From: an uncultured Nitrospiraceae bacterium
GTDB taxonomy: Bacteria > Nitrospirota > Nitrospiria > Nitrospirales > UBA2166
Length of the DNA: 64,000 nucleotides
NCBI GenBank assembly: GCA_964463965.1
Contig: CAYXED010000002.1
Location: forward strand, 155,387-219,386
Direction of reading: 5' to 3'
Below the pieces are notes generated by a model. That model was not told the origin of the DNA. It ran no database searches and saw nothing but the letters and a program-made list of their open reading frames with translations. Both the position numbers and the translations under genes were made by a program. This document shows positions 1-8,966 of the stretch, piece by piece. How positions within the stretch are numbered: position 1 is the first letter of the stretch; each line of letters opens with the position of its first letter.

Positions 1-663
1 TCATTGTTGGATATTCCAAGAAAAATTCTTGGAGAATTTTGTCTTTCTGAATACAAAATTATTTCTTCATATTCATCAGAAAGCTTTCAGTATTGGTGGC
101 ATCGAGACCACCCTTATCAGTGGGTACAGGAAGGTGAGGAGGTATCTGTTTTGAATGTCGGTATCCTCATACCTTGTATTGATTTTAAATTAGAAAATGG
201 CCCTACTGTAATTATTCCTGGTTCACATCGCCTGACAAATAGGCCTCTAGGGTTGCATGCCACGGAATCGTATAAACATGAACAATGTGTTGGTACAAGC
301 CAAGGAGATATTTTTGTATATCATGGTAATTTATGGCATTCCGGTACTGCTAACAGATCAGGTGTAATGCGAAATCTTATATCGATGCATTTCGTAAAAA
401 AATATCTGACGCCTTGTGAAGACATGAGTCTCCAATACTTTCAGTTACAGATAGATAACGTTGAGTTAAAATCTTTGATGACAGGTTACCATGTCCCTCA
501 TGTGAATAAATTTGGGGCCAATCGAGGTTGGGTGTCAACTGTTTGGTGGCTTTGGTTTCTACGTTATCCTTTTTGGATAATGTTGAACATTAAAAGGGTT
601 TACTGGAGACTTAGAAGACGCTTATATCGTGCCATTCTCAGTATATTTATAGATGCTCAATAG
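1..663 (+). CDS. Phytanoyl-CoA dioxygenase (PhyH)-family Fe(II)/2-oxoglutarate oxygenase, 5'-truncated by the window edge
   Basis: The ORF is open to base 1 in frame 1. HRDHP (HxD iron ligands), IIPGSH and LWHSGTANRS (distal His plus Arg) fit the PhyH pattern. The first iron motif lies about 35 aa from the edge, so the N-terminus is outside the window. The C-terminal tail is Trp/Arg-rich. Confidence 0.7.
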   Translation, partial: SLLDIPRKILGEFCLSEYKIISSYSSESFQYWWHRDHPYQWVQEGEEVSVLNVGILIPCIDFKLENGPTVIIPGSHRLTNRPLGLHATESYKHEQCVGTSQGDIFVYHGNLWHSGTANRSGVMRNLISMHFVKKYLTPCEDMSLQYFQLQIDNVELKSLMTGYHVPHVNKFGANRGWVSTVWWLWFLRYPFWIMLNIKRVYWRLRRRLYRAILSIFIDAQ

Positions 664-761
664 TGTGATTGTGTAGTCGAGGCCTTCCTTTATTCCTCAC
701 GATTCAAAGATGAAAATTTTTGATCTCATCTGGCAACATCCAGAACATATAAACACGGAAA

Positions 762-2621
762 ATGTTTTTCTCTAAACAATCAGTTGATAAAGTATTCGAT
801 ACGCTTGGTATAGGAGCTTTGTATTGGCGTGTCCTGATTCTTCCTCATTCTGGAAAAGCTGTAGTGTTGTTGTTTCTGATGTTAGGAGGGGCTTTATTTG
901 AAGCTATGACCATTGGAATGGCTGTGCCTATTTTAGATACAGCGTCCAGTCAGGATAACTTACATGACAATAAGGTGGCTATTGAGGTGATAGCTATTCT
1001 CAAGAGTGCGGGCCTTCCATCGACTCAGGTGGCTGTCGTTTTTTCTCTTATTGTGTTGGCCGCGGTGCTTTTTTTGTTGCGTGCTGTAGTGGTATTTGTC
1101 CAACATTATACGGTTACATTTATGGCTACTGATATTTATCGTGAAACCAAATCTAGGCTTTTTCAACGAATGCTGACATCTCATTATGATTTTTTTTCCA
1201 AAAAAAGCCGTGGTGCATTAATGACGGATATGACTCAACCCGTTGAGGCCGTTCATACCAGTTTTGTGCAGTTGGGAGTTTTTGTGACAGGCATGGTTAA
1301 CTGTGCCGCGCTGTTTGCTCTAATGTTATATCTATCAAGTTGGACAACCGTTTTCATAGGGGTTCTTGGGGTGGCGGGATTTTCGTGGTGGAATAAAATT
1401 CTTTCACCTCGAGCATTTCGACGAGGTCGTGAGCTATATGAATTGCATAGGCAAGAATCGAAAGTTGAGCTTGATGCAATTGATGGGATCAAAGTCGTTA
1501 AATCAAATGTTTTAGAGGATGAGCTAGTTCGACAGCATCAAAGACTCTTGCAACAGGAAATTCAGCCAAGGTTAAGGATGGCAATCTTTCAACGTGGACC
1601 TGCGCTTGTTAATGAATTTGTTATTGTTCTTGTTGTCGTTGGTCTCAGCCTAATTGCGTTCTCTCCTTTTGCTGGGGGATTAACCTTTGCCACGCTGATT
1701 GCCTTATTATTCGCATTGCGAAGGGCTAGTGCGAGTATTTCGAGTGTCACGGCCGCATCAGTTGCTTTAAAAAAGTGGTGTCGCGCTGTTGAAGTTTTAG
1801 AGGAGATTGATCAACTTATTCCTCAAGAGCCTAGTGATGGGAAGCCCGTTGGTATGGTAGGTGAAATTGTCTTTGATCAAGTGTCTTTTTTTTACGATTC
1901 TCGACCGGATCAGTGGGTGTTGAGGGATGTTACTCTTAAATTACGTAAAGGGACGGTGACTGCAATCGTTGGTTTGACGGGTGCAGGTAAGAGCACAATT
2001 GCTGACCTAATGATTAGGCTTTATGATCAGAAACAAGGAGTCATTCTCGCTGATCAAGCTAATATTGGATCGTTGAACCTTAAGCTGTGGAGGAGCAAGA
2101 TCGGTTATCTTTCTCAGGATGTTTTTATCTTTAATGAAACCTTACGCGACAATATTGTTCTCTGGAGAGAAAACGTTTCTGATGACACTCTTCGATGGGC
2201 GTTACGTTCTGCAAAACTTGATGATTTTGTTTCGAGTCTCGATCAAGGTTACGATACTATTTTGGGAGATCGGGGCCTTCGCTTGTCTGGTGGGCAACGT
2301 CAGCGTGTTGCGATTGCAAGGGCCATTATAGCAAATCCTGAAATACTCATTTTAGATGAGGCTACTAGTGCGCTTGATAATGTAACGGAGAAGTTCGTCT
2401 ACAATGCGATTCGTGAAGCTAGCCAAAATATGATTGTTATTGTGATTGCACATCGTTTGGAAACAATTCGTGATGCGGATCAAATTGCCGTACTTCATGA
2501 GGGTAAGATTGTTGAGCAGGGCAGCCATGAAGAGTTGCTAGTTAAGCGAGGTGTGTACTCGAGGCTCTATGAAAACGAAGATTCAAAGAAGGAAGATGTG
2601 CCGCTTGAGGTAAGCCAGTAG
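762..2621 (+). CDS. ABC exporter half-transporter (fused TMD-NBD, MsbA/PglK-type)
   Basis: 619 aa. A hydrophobic N-terminal half is followed by an NBD with Walker A GLTGAGKST, signature LSGGQRQR, Walker B ILILDEATSALD and H-loop IAHRL. Confidence 0.9.
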   Translation: MFFSKQSVDKVFDTLGIGALYWRVLILPHSGKAVVLLFLMLGGALFEAMTIGMAVPILDTASSQDNLHDNKVAIEVIAILKSAGLPSTQVAVVFSLIVLAAVLFLLRAVVVFVQHYTVTFMATDIYRETKSRLFQRMLTSHYDFFSKKSRGALMTDMTQPVEAVHTSFVQLGVFVTGMVNCAALFALMLYLSSWTTVFIGVLGVAGFSWWNKILSPRAFRRGRELYELHRQESKVELDAIDGIKVVKSNVLEDELVRQHQRLLQQEIQPRLRMAIFQRGPALVNEFVIVLVVVGLSLIAFSPFAGGLTFATLIALLFALRRASASISSVTAASVALKKWCRAVEVLEEIDQLIPQEPSDGKPVGMVGEIVFDQVSFFYDSRPDQWVLRDVTLKLRKGTVTAIVGLTGAGKSTIADLMIRLYDQKQGVILADQANIGSLNLKLWRSKIGYLSQDVFIFNETLRDNIVLWRENVSDDTLRWALRSAKLDDFVSSLDQGYDTILGDRGLRLSGGQRQRVAIARAIIANPEILILDEATSALDNVTEKFVYNAIREASQNMIVIVIAHRLETIRDADQIAVLHEGKIVEQGSHEELLVKRGVYSRLYENEDSKKEDVPLEVSQ

Positions 2622-2803
2622 TGTTTGATTAAAATGGCTATATAATGATGACCACATTAAAAATGTTTGTAGTATCTCTTTGCCTTCCAAGTAAATTCTG
2701 GATTTTTAACACATAACGTGATGTTCCACTCACTTCTATTTTCTATGGGGCCAAAGCTTGAAGCTCCATGTATGCTGTTTGATTCTATCTACTGAGCTTA
2801 AGG

Positions 2804-4756
2804 ATGTTTCCATTTTTCATTATTTGTTTGTTTGCTTTTGGTGTTTTTGTAGTGTGTCTTTATTATTTAAGGGAGTTGCCTGTTGATGGACATAACTCTG
2901 ACGGTGTGAAGCAAATTCGCGGCGCAGCTAAAGCAGGAGAGTGGAAGTGGCCATCAGATATGCATAAGGCAATTCCTATGAAAGCACGAATGAAGGATGT
3001 TGGTGTGTTGAGTCTTGTTTTATTGCAACGGCTGTTGAATGACCGGAATACATTTTGGCCACTGAGTAGTGTGTCTGCCGCATATCATGCTGGGTCAATT
3101 GTTTTGATATATTTTGTGTCGAGTCATTACTGGGGAATGAGTGCAGCTCTCATTGTAACCGGCTTGTTCTCGTTTTCGGTATGGCCATTTCAGATTATTT
3201 TGAGGGGTGGGTATCAAGGTGTTTCTGTGTTCTTTGTATTGCTTGCTGTGTTGTGTCTCCAGTTGGCTACTGCGTATTCTGATTTATATGAGGTTTTATT
3301 GTATTGTGCGGCAGGTTTTTTCTTTGGTTTGATGATGTTTTCTTCATCATCATGTCGAAAGCTCATTCCATTGTTTCTAGCGGCGACGATTTATTCTTTG
3401 CAGAACTCAATTGTCCCCTTAAATATTACATTTGAAAATCTTTCAAGATTACATATTGAGATTCTTGGCAATCCTTTGCTTTTAGCTGGATGCGTTATCG
3501 CGGTTGGAGTAGGCGTGGTAGGGTTGTTTGCGTGTCTTATGTATAACCGCATTATTGCAGCTGTGTACTATGGATATATTCCCAGGTTCGTAGTTGGAAA
3601 TCTTTTGGCAAGACGCAAGGAGGCATCGATCGAGAAGTATCTTCGGCATCGACACAAAGTTTGTAATGTGGCCACCAGTGTATGTAGAAGTTATGTGGCA
3701 TATCTTGTGGTCTGCATTTTTCTCTCAAGAGAGAAAGTATTTTATGAAATGCAGGCTTCAATTATTTTAGGGTTTATTTTAGCCGCCCTTTTGCTGCTCC
3801 TTCCAAATGTTGTGCGTAGTCTTGCAGGGTATATTGAGTGGTGGACGGATGCTACGGTGATTAACCATTTTCTGCCTTATGGAGATAGGTTTTTGAATGC
3901 GAGGATGCCTTTTGACCACAAAAAAAATGGTGTTGGGTGGCGCTGGCACCCTAGGTTTTTTTTAAGAATGGCTCCATTTTTGTGGGGAGGATTTCTTTGT
4001 TCCATAGTGCTATTAATTATAGAGTTTCTTAAAGAGCCATCTTACAGCCACTTTATTGGTTATTTCTCCTTATTATGCGTCTCACTCTCCCCAATAATTT
4101 GGGGAGAGGTTACTCACGCACCACAAGAAGCTCGAAGCTATTATCCTTCTGTTCTGGGGTTATTAGTCTTAATCGGTTGGAGTGTTTCAGTTTTTGATTC
4201 ATCTTCTATCTTATTTATAGGCCTCACTGGGGCATTTGTACTCGCAGCTTTAATATGGAATATTCGCATGTTAGTGACTGATGTTTGGCCAGCTCGTATG
4301 GCTGTTCTGTCACTTATGAAAACGCTTGATCGTTTAGATGTAAAACGTTTGTATACCTATGACACGCCATTTAACCATATGTTTGTCTCTGCGCTTCCAG
4401 TTGAATATATGCAGCGATTAGAGGTTTGTTTTATACGGACTTTATCAGATATTTCAGAGGGTTATGTTGCAATCCCTGCTACGAGTGAAAAAGGAGTCAC
4501 TATGGTAGGTAACAGTGTTGCAATCAATCGAGGAGATTTTCGTGATGATCCTATCCTTAATTCTCTTCTCGATTCACGTTCCATCAATGATGTTGCTGTG
4601 GAAATGTTTAAGACTGAAAACTCTAGCCGGTTCTGGGTGCACGAAGATCAAGTAACAAGTTATCGTGATCTTATATTGAACGAGATTTTTGACGAAGATC
4701 GATGGCGTGGTAATGGATGGTTACTTGATGTAAGGAAAATTCACGCATTGGGTTGA
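2804..4756 (+). CDS. Large multi-pass membrane protein with soluble C-terminal domain (possible GT-C-fold glycosyltransferase; function unknown)
   Basis: 650 aa. About 12-14 hydrophobic segments span residues 1-500, followed by a soluble tail of about 150 aa. The first loop is acidic (PVDGHNSDG). There is no diagnostic catalytic motif. A taagg sequence lies upstream of the ATG. Confidence 0.5.
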   Translation: MFPFFIICLFAFGVFVVCLYYLRELPVDGHNSDGVKQIRGAAKAGEWKWPSDMHKAIPMKARMKDVGVLSLVLLQRLLNDRNTFWPLSSVSAAYHAGSIVLIYFVSSHYWGMSAALIVTGLFSFSVWPFQIILRGGYQGVSVFFVLLAVLCLQLATAYSDLYEVLLYCAAGFFFGLMMFSSSSCRKLIPLFLAATIYSLQNSIVPLNITFENLSRLHIEILGNPLLLAGCVIAVGVGVVGLFACLMYNRIIAAVYYGYIPRFVVGNLLARRKEASIEKYLRHRHKVCNVATSVCRSYVAYLVVCIFLSREKVFYEMQASIILGFILAALLLLLPNVVRSLAGYIEWWTDATVINHFLPYGDRFLNARMPFDHKKNGVGWRWHPRFFLRMAPFLWGGFLCSIVLLIIEFLKEPSYSHFIGYFSLLCVSLSPIIWGEVTHAPQEARSYYPSVLGLLVLIGWSVSVFDSSSILFIGLTGAFVLAALIWNIRMLVTDVWPARMAVLSLMKTLDRLDVKRLYTYDTPFNHMFVSALPVEYMQRLEVCFIRTLSDISEGYVAIPATSEKGVTMVGNSVAINRGDFRDDPILNSLLDSRSINDVAVEMFKTENSSRFWVHEDQVTSYRDLILNEIFDEDRWRGNGWLLDVRKIHALG

Positions 4757-4768
4757 TCAGGTAATGCT

Positions 4769-5476
4769 ATGAAAGATTATCGCGCATTAGTTACTGGAGG
4801 CACGCGAGGCATTGGAGAAGCTATTGCCATTGCACTTGTTGATGGTGGCTATGAAGTTTTTGTGAGCGGTATTTCGCCAAATGGACAAGGGCCTTCTGGA
4901 AGCACGTATTTGCCATGTGACTTTTCTGATCCCTCTTCGCTTTCAAGCTTTGCTGATAAGGTTAAAGCATTGGATCTTTCAGTTCTTGTTAATAATGCAG
5001 GGATTAACAAAGTGGGTCCCTTTGAAAAATATGATCCATCAGATTTTGCTCGTCTTCAGCAAGTTAATGTCACTGCACCGTTTACTTTGTGTCGAGCTGT
5101 AATTGCTGGTATGCGACGACAAAAATTTGGAAGAATTGTAAACATCACGTCAGTATTCAGTGTTGTGAGCAAGGCTGAGCGTGCTGCGTATTCAACGACA
5201 AAATTTGCGTTATTTGGAATGAGTCGAGCGCTTGCGCTTGAGGTTGCACCCGACAATGTCTTGGTTAATTGCGTAGCACCTGGATTTGTTGATACAGACC
5301 TAACTCGGCGTATTTTGGGACAGGATGGAATTGAGATGATAGTGAAAGGCGTTCCCATAGGGCGTCTTGCAGAACCCAAGGAAATTGCAAATTTTGTAAA
5401 GTTTTTAGTGAGTAAAGATAATTCATATATGACCGGACAAAATATTGTTGTTGACGGTGGTTATACTAGTGCCTAA
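4769..5476 (+). CDS. Short-chain dehydrogenase/reductase (FabG-like)
   Basis: 235 aa with TGGTRGIGEAIA, NNAG and catalytic YSTTKFA (YxxxK). Confidence 0.9.
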   Translation: MKDYRALVTGGTRGIGEAIAIALVDGGYEVFVSGISPNGQGPSGSTYLPCDFSDPSSLSSFADKVKALDLSVLVNNAGINKVGPFEKYDPSDFARLQQVNVTAPFTLCRAVIAGMRRQKFGRIVNITSVFSVVSKAERAAYSTTKFALFGMSRALALEVAPDNVLVNCVAPGFVDTDLTRRILGQDGIEMIVKGVPIGRLAEPKEIANFVKFLVSKDNSYMTGQNIVVDGGYTSA

Positions 5477-6536
5477 TTTACTAATTCAATCCCACGTTGG
5501 TTCATATCAAGTTCATTTTGGAAATTTATTTTATGGGCTTGAATCCGGATTGCACGATCATGAACACCTTATTATTGATGCGAAGGTTGCTGAGTTGTAT
5601 GCGGCGCAGCTAGCTATAGCACTTAATGCGCGATCGGTGATTCGTATTGAGGCCAATGAAAAAAATAAATCTTTAGAAATGGTTCCCAGCTATGTAACAA
5701 AGCTCTTGGAAAACGGGATTAAGCGAGACCACGTTCTGATTGCTGTGGGGGGTGGCATCATACAAGACATTACTGCATTTATTGCGGCAACGTTATTTCG
5801 AGGGATTGCGTGGAGATTTTTTCCAACAACCTTGTTAGCTCAAGCTGATAGCTGTATTGGGTCTAAATCATCAATTAATATTGGGAAATACAAAAATCAG
5901 ATAGGTACTTTTACTCCCCCTCAAGACATTTGGATATCTATTGATGTTTTGGACACATTGGATGAGAGTGATATTCGATCGGGTATTGGAGAGATGATCA
6001 AGGTTCACATTATTTCTGGATGGGATGATGCAAGATCCATTACAGCGAATTACTCTAAGCTTCTAACAGATAGGGTAACTCTTGAAAATTACATTCTCAA
6101 TTCACTCAAAATCAAACAACAAAAAATTGAGGTAGATGAATTTGATAAAGCAGAGCGCCTGATTATGAATTATGGACATAGTTTTGGACATGCTATTGAA
6201 AGTGCAACAAATTATAAAATCCCTCATGGGATTGCTGTAACTATTGGAATGGATATGGCTAATTATGTCTCGTGGAAATTTGGGCTTGCTGCGCAGTCTG
6301 TATACGAAGAATTGCATTTAGTGCTAGCAGCTAATTATAAGGGATTTGATCAAATCAAAATTCCAGAAAAACAGTTTTTTTCTGCACTAGCTAGAGATAA
6401 GAAAAACATAGGATCAGATCTTTCGTTAATTCTTTTGCATGCTCCAGGGGAAGTGTTTCGTGATAGGTATCCAAACGATGGCCAATTGCATAATATTTGT
6501 AGGGAGTTTTGGAATTTACCACGCGTCCGCACTTAA
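5445..6536 (+). CDS. 3-dehydroquinate synthase-family enzyme (AroB-like / sugar-phosphate cyclase superfamily)
   Basis: GGGIIQDITAFIAAT, ADSCIGSKSSIN, GIGEMIKV, NYGHSFGHAIE and PHGIAVTIGM match the nucleotide-binding and metal-ligand motifs of the family. ATG 5445 overlaps the upstream gene by 32 nt. GTG 5469, preceded by ggtgg, is an alternative start. Confidence 0.8.
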   Translation: MLLTVVILVPNLLIQSHVGSYQVHFGNLFYGLESGLHDHEHLIIDAKVAELYAAQLAIALNARSVIRIEANEKNKSLEMVPSYVTKLLENGIKRDHVLIAVGGGIIQDITAFIAATLFRGIAWRFFPTTLLAQADSCIGSKSSINIGKYKNQIGTFTPPQDIWISIDVLDTLDESDIRSGIGEMIKVHIISGWDDARSITANYSKLLTDRVTLENYILNSLKIKQQKIEVDEFDKAERLIMNYGHSFGHAIESATNYKIPHGIAVTIGMDMANYVSWKFGLAAQSVYEELHLVLAANYKGFDQIKIPEKQFFSALARDKKNIGSDLSLILLHAPGEVFRDRYPNDGQLHNICREFWNLPRVRT

Positions 6537-6563
6537 ATTCCTATATCAAAGGGAACCGATAGA

Positions 6564-7550
6564 GTGATTAAGGTTGGCATTATAGGTTTTGGAAAAATGG
6601 GACGTATACGTTATGACACAATTCTTGATGATAGTGAAGCAAGGGTTGTTGCTATTGCAGAGCCTAGCCAAGAAATTAAACTGCCTAGAGTTAAGTTATA
6701 TTCTGACCCTGAAGCAGTAATTCGCTCCCCAGATGTTGATGCAGTATTTATTTGCACACCAAACTATCTAAATCATTCATTAACCTTACAAGCATTAGCA
6801 GCAAATAAGCATGTGTTTTGTGAAAAGCCTCCAGCGTTTTCTTCAAAAGATGTGGAGCAGGTTATTGATGCTGAGAGGATATCCTCTGGTATTACGCTTA
6901 TGTATGGGTTTAATCATCGCCATCACGATAGTATAAAATTTGCAAAAGATTTAATTGATTCTCAATCTCATGGGCGCTTGTTATGGATGCGTGGACGCTA
7001 CGGAAAAAGTGTCGATGAAAGTTTTTATCAGAATTGGAGATCAAAAAAGGAGTTTGCTGGGGGAGGAATATTAATGGATCAGGGGATCCATATGGTAGAT
7101 CTTTTTCTCATGATGGCAGGAGACTTTCATGATGTGAATGCATATGTATCAAATGTCTATTGGAAATTAGATGTCGAAGATAATGTTTTTGCAATTCTTC
7201 GTAATGATGAAGGGGTTGTCGCTTCATTGCATTCTACCATGACACAATGGAGACATTTGTTCTCTTTAGAAATGTTTTTGGAAAAAGGATATATTGTTAT
7301 TAATGGGCTGTTGACTTCTTCTGGGACATATGGTGAAGAAGCGGTAACAATAGCAAAAAATAGAACAACCGCTCCTGCCGCTGCATGGAGTGATGAAGAA
7401 CACATACGTTTTGAGGTAAATAATTCATGGAAGTATGAAGTTCAACATTTCTTTCAATCAATTAGAGATAAGACGCCTATACAAACTGGAAATTCTCAAG
7501 ATGCACTAAAATTGATGCGTGTAATTGACAAGATTTATGCACAGGACTGA
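6564..7550 (+). CDS. Gfo/Idh/MocA-family NAD(P)-dependent oxidoreductase
   Basis: 328 aa with GIIGFGKMGR Rossmann loop, VFCEKPP, FGFNHRHH and GGGILMDQGIHMVDLF. It is a clear paralogue of 37049-38101. Confidence 0.9.
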   Translation: MIKVGIIGFGKMGRIRYDTILDDSEARVVAIAEPSQEIKLPRVKLYSDPEAVIRSPDVDAVFICTPNYLNHSLTLQALAANKHVFCEKPPAFSSKDVEQVIDAERISSGITLMYGFNHRHHDSIKFAKDLIDSQSHGRLLWMRGRYGKSVDESFYQNWRSKKEFAGGGILMDQGIHMVDLFLMMAGDFHDVNAYVSNVYWKLDVEDNVFAILRNDEGVVASLHSTMTQWRHLFSLEMFLEKGYIVINGLLTSSGTYGEEAVTIAKNRTTAPAAAWSDEEHIRFEVNNSWKYEVQHFFQSIRDKTPIQTGNSQDALKLMRVIDKIYAQD

Positions 7551-7560
7551 TAGAAGCTAA

Positions 7561-8124
7561 ATGAACGATCACAAATTTCTTCAAGATTATTTTTCTCGCT
7601 ACCGTACCGCAATTTTTGGACCTGATATTTCAGAGAATCTTATTGCATTAAGAAACCTTATGATTCAAGCACGCGAAGCAAATCATAAGACGATTATTGC
7701 TGGTAATGGTGGTAGTGCGGCAATTGCTAGTCATTGTGCTGTAGATTTTAGTAAAAATGCGAAAACTCGGTGTGTGAATTTTAATGAGCCTAGTCTTGTT
7801 ACGTGCCTTGCCAATGATTATGGATATGAGAGATGGTTAGAAAAAGCATTTGAGTTGTACTCTGATGATGGGGATGTTGCAATTTTGATTAGCTCTAGTG
7901 GGCAATCAGAAAATATGTTGCGGGCAGCTGAGTATGCACAAGTCCAAGGGTTGCCTGTTGTAACTTTCACCGGTTTTTCTCCTGACAACCCTCTTCAAAA
8001 ATACGGAACGTTAAACTTTTGGGTTGATAGTAAGGCATACAATATTGTTGAAATGACCCATCAGATTTGGCTACTAGCAGTATGTGATTTAATTATTGGC
8101 GCTGCTGAATATAGTGCATCTTGA
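7561..8124 (+). CDS. SIS-domain sugar-phosphate isomerase-like protein (GmhA/DiaA type)
   Basis: 187 aa with IIAGNGGSAAIASHCAVDF and AILISSSGQS, the patterns of the SIS fold. Confidence 0.8.
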   Translation: MNDHKFLQDYFSRYRTAIFGPDISENLIALRNLMIQAREANHKTIIAGNGGSAAIASHCAVDFSKNAKTRCVNFNEPSLVTCLANDYGYERWLEKAFELYSDDGDVAILISSSGQSENMLRAAEYAQVQGLPVVTFTGFSPDNPLQKYGTLNFWVDSKAYNIVEMTHQIWLLAVCDLIIGAAEYSAS

Positions 8125-8223
8125 TCGTTGCGATTGTGACACGTACATGGTTAAAAAAATCATTTTTGGAAGGATATGCAGTTTTGGTCTTAGTAATTTC
8201 TAGCGGTCAATGGGGGTAGTCTT

Positions 8224-8892
8224 ATGAGGACAGTAGTGGTAATTTCTCCTCATCCCGATGATGAAACGCTTGGATGTGGTGGCACAATATTGAGGCATGT
8301 TGCTGAGGGGGATTCCGTACATTGGGTTATTGTTACGTGTGTGGCTGAGGAGCTTGGATATACATCCCAGGCAATTACCGATCGTGCCGAAGAAATTCAA
8401 CGTGTTGCGGATTTCTATCGATTTTCAACAGTGACTCAGTTGGGGTTCTTGACTACAAGATTAGATGTAGTGCCGCGTGCAGATATAATTGAAAAGCTAA
8501 GTGATGTTTTTGTAGAAGTTAAGCCGGAAACTCTGTATGTGCCTTACGGAGGTGATGTTCATAGTGATCATGTTGTCGTTGCCGATGCAAGCATTGCATG
8601 CACAAAATCATTTAGGTTTTCATCAGTCAAGCAAGTCAGGGCTTATGAGGTATTATCAGAAACTGAGTTTGGAATTTCTCCCAATGTTCCAGGGTTTCGC
8701 CCAAATCTCTTTATTGATATTGGACCATACCTTGAGAAAAAAATTGAAGTGATGCATCTTTATAAGGGTGAAATGGGAGTGTTGCCATTTCCTCGCTCTG
8801 TAGAGGCTATTCGTGCGCTAGCAACAGTTCGAGGTACTACTTCGGGTTGTTCTTCTGCCGAGGCTTTTATGACTTTGAGAGAAATACTTTAA
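8224..8892 (+). CDS. PIG-L/LmbE-family N-acetylglucosaminyl deacetylase
   Basis: 222 aa with VISPHPDDETLGCGGT and HSDH zinc-ligand motifs. Confidence 0.85.
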   Translation: MRTVVVISPHPDDETLGCGGTILRHVAEGDSVHWVIVTCVAEELGYTSQAITDRAEEIQRVADFYRFSTVTQLGFLTTRLDVVPRADIIEKLSDVFVEVKPETLYVPYGGDVHSDHVVVADASIACTKSFRFSSVKQVRAYEVLSETEFGISPNVPGFRPNLFIDIGPYLEKKIEVMHLYKGEMGVLPFPRSVEAIRALATVRGTTSGCSSAEAFMTLREIL

Positions 8893-8966
8893 AGACATGT
8901 AGTTTAGTAATTCATCTTTTTTCAATTGGTATTTGATTTGCTCATATTACTTCCTACCTTTTTACC

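Noticed and set aside
3830-3855. An EWWTDAT sequence in the large membrane protein, reminiscent of the oligosaccharyltransferase WWDYG motif.
   Set aside because: The sequence differs and it lies mid-protein, before four more hydrophobic segments, rather than at the start of a C-terminal periplasmic domain. It is not evidence for PglB/AglB identity.
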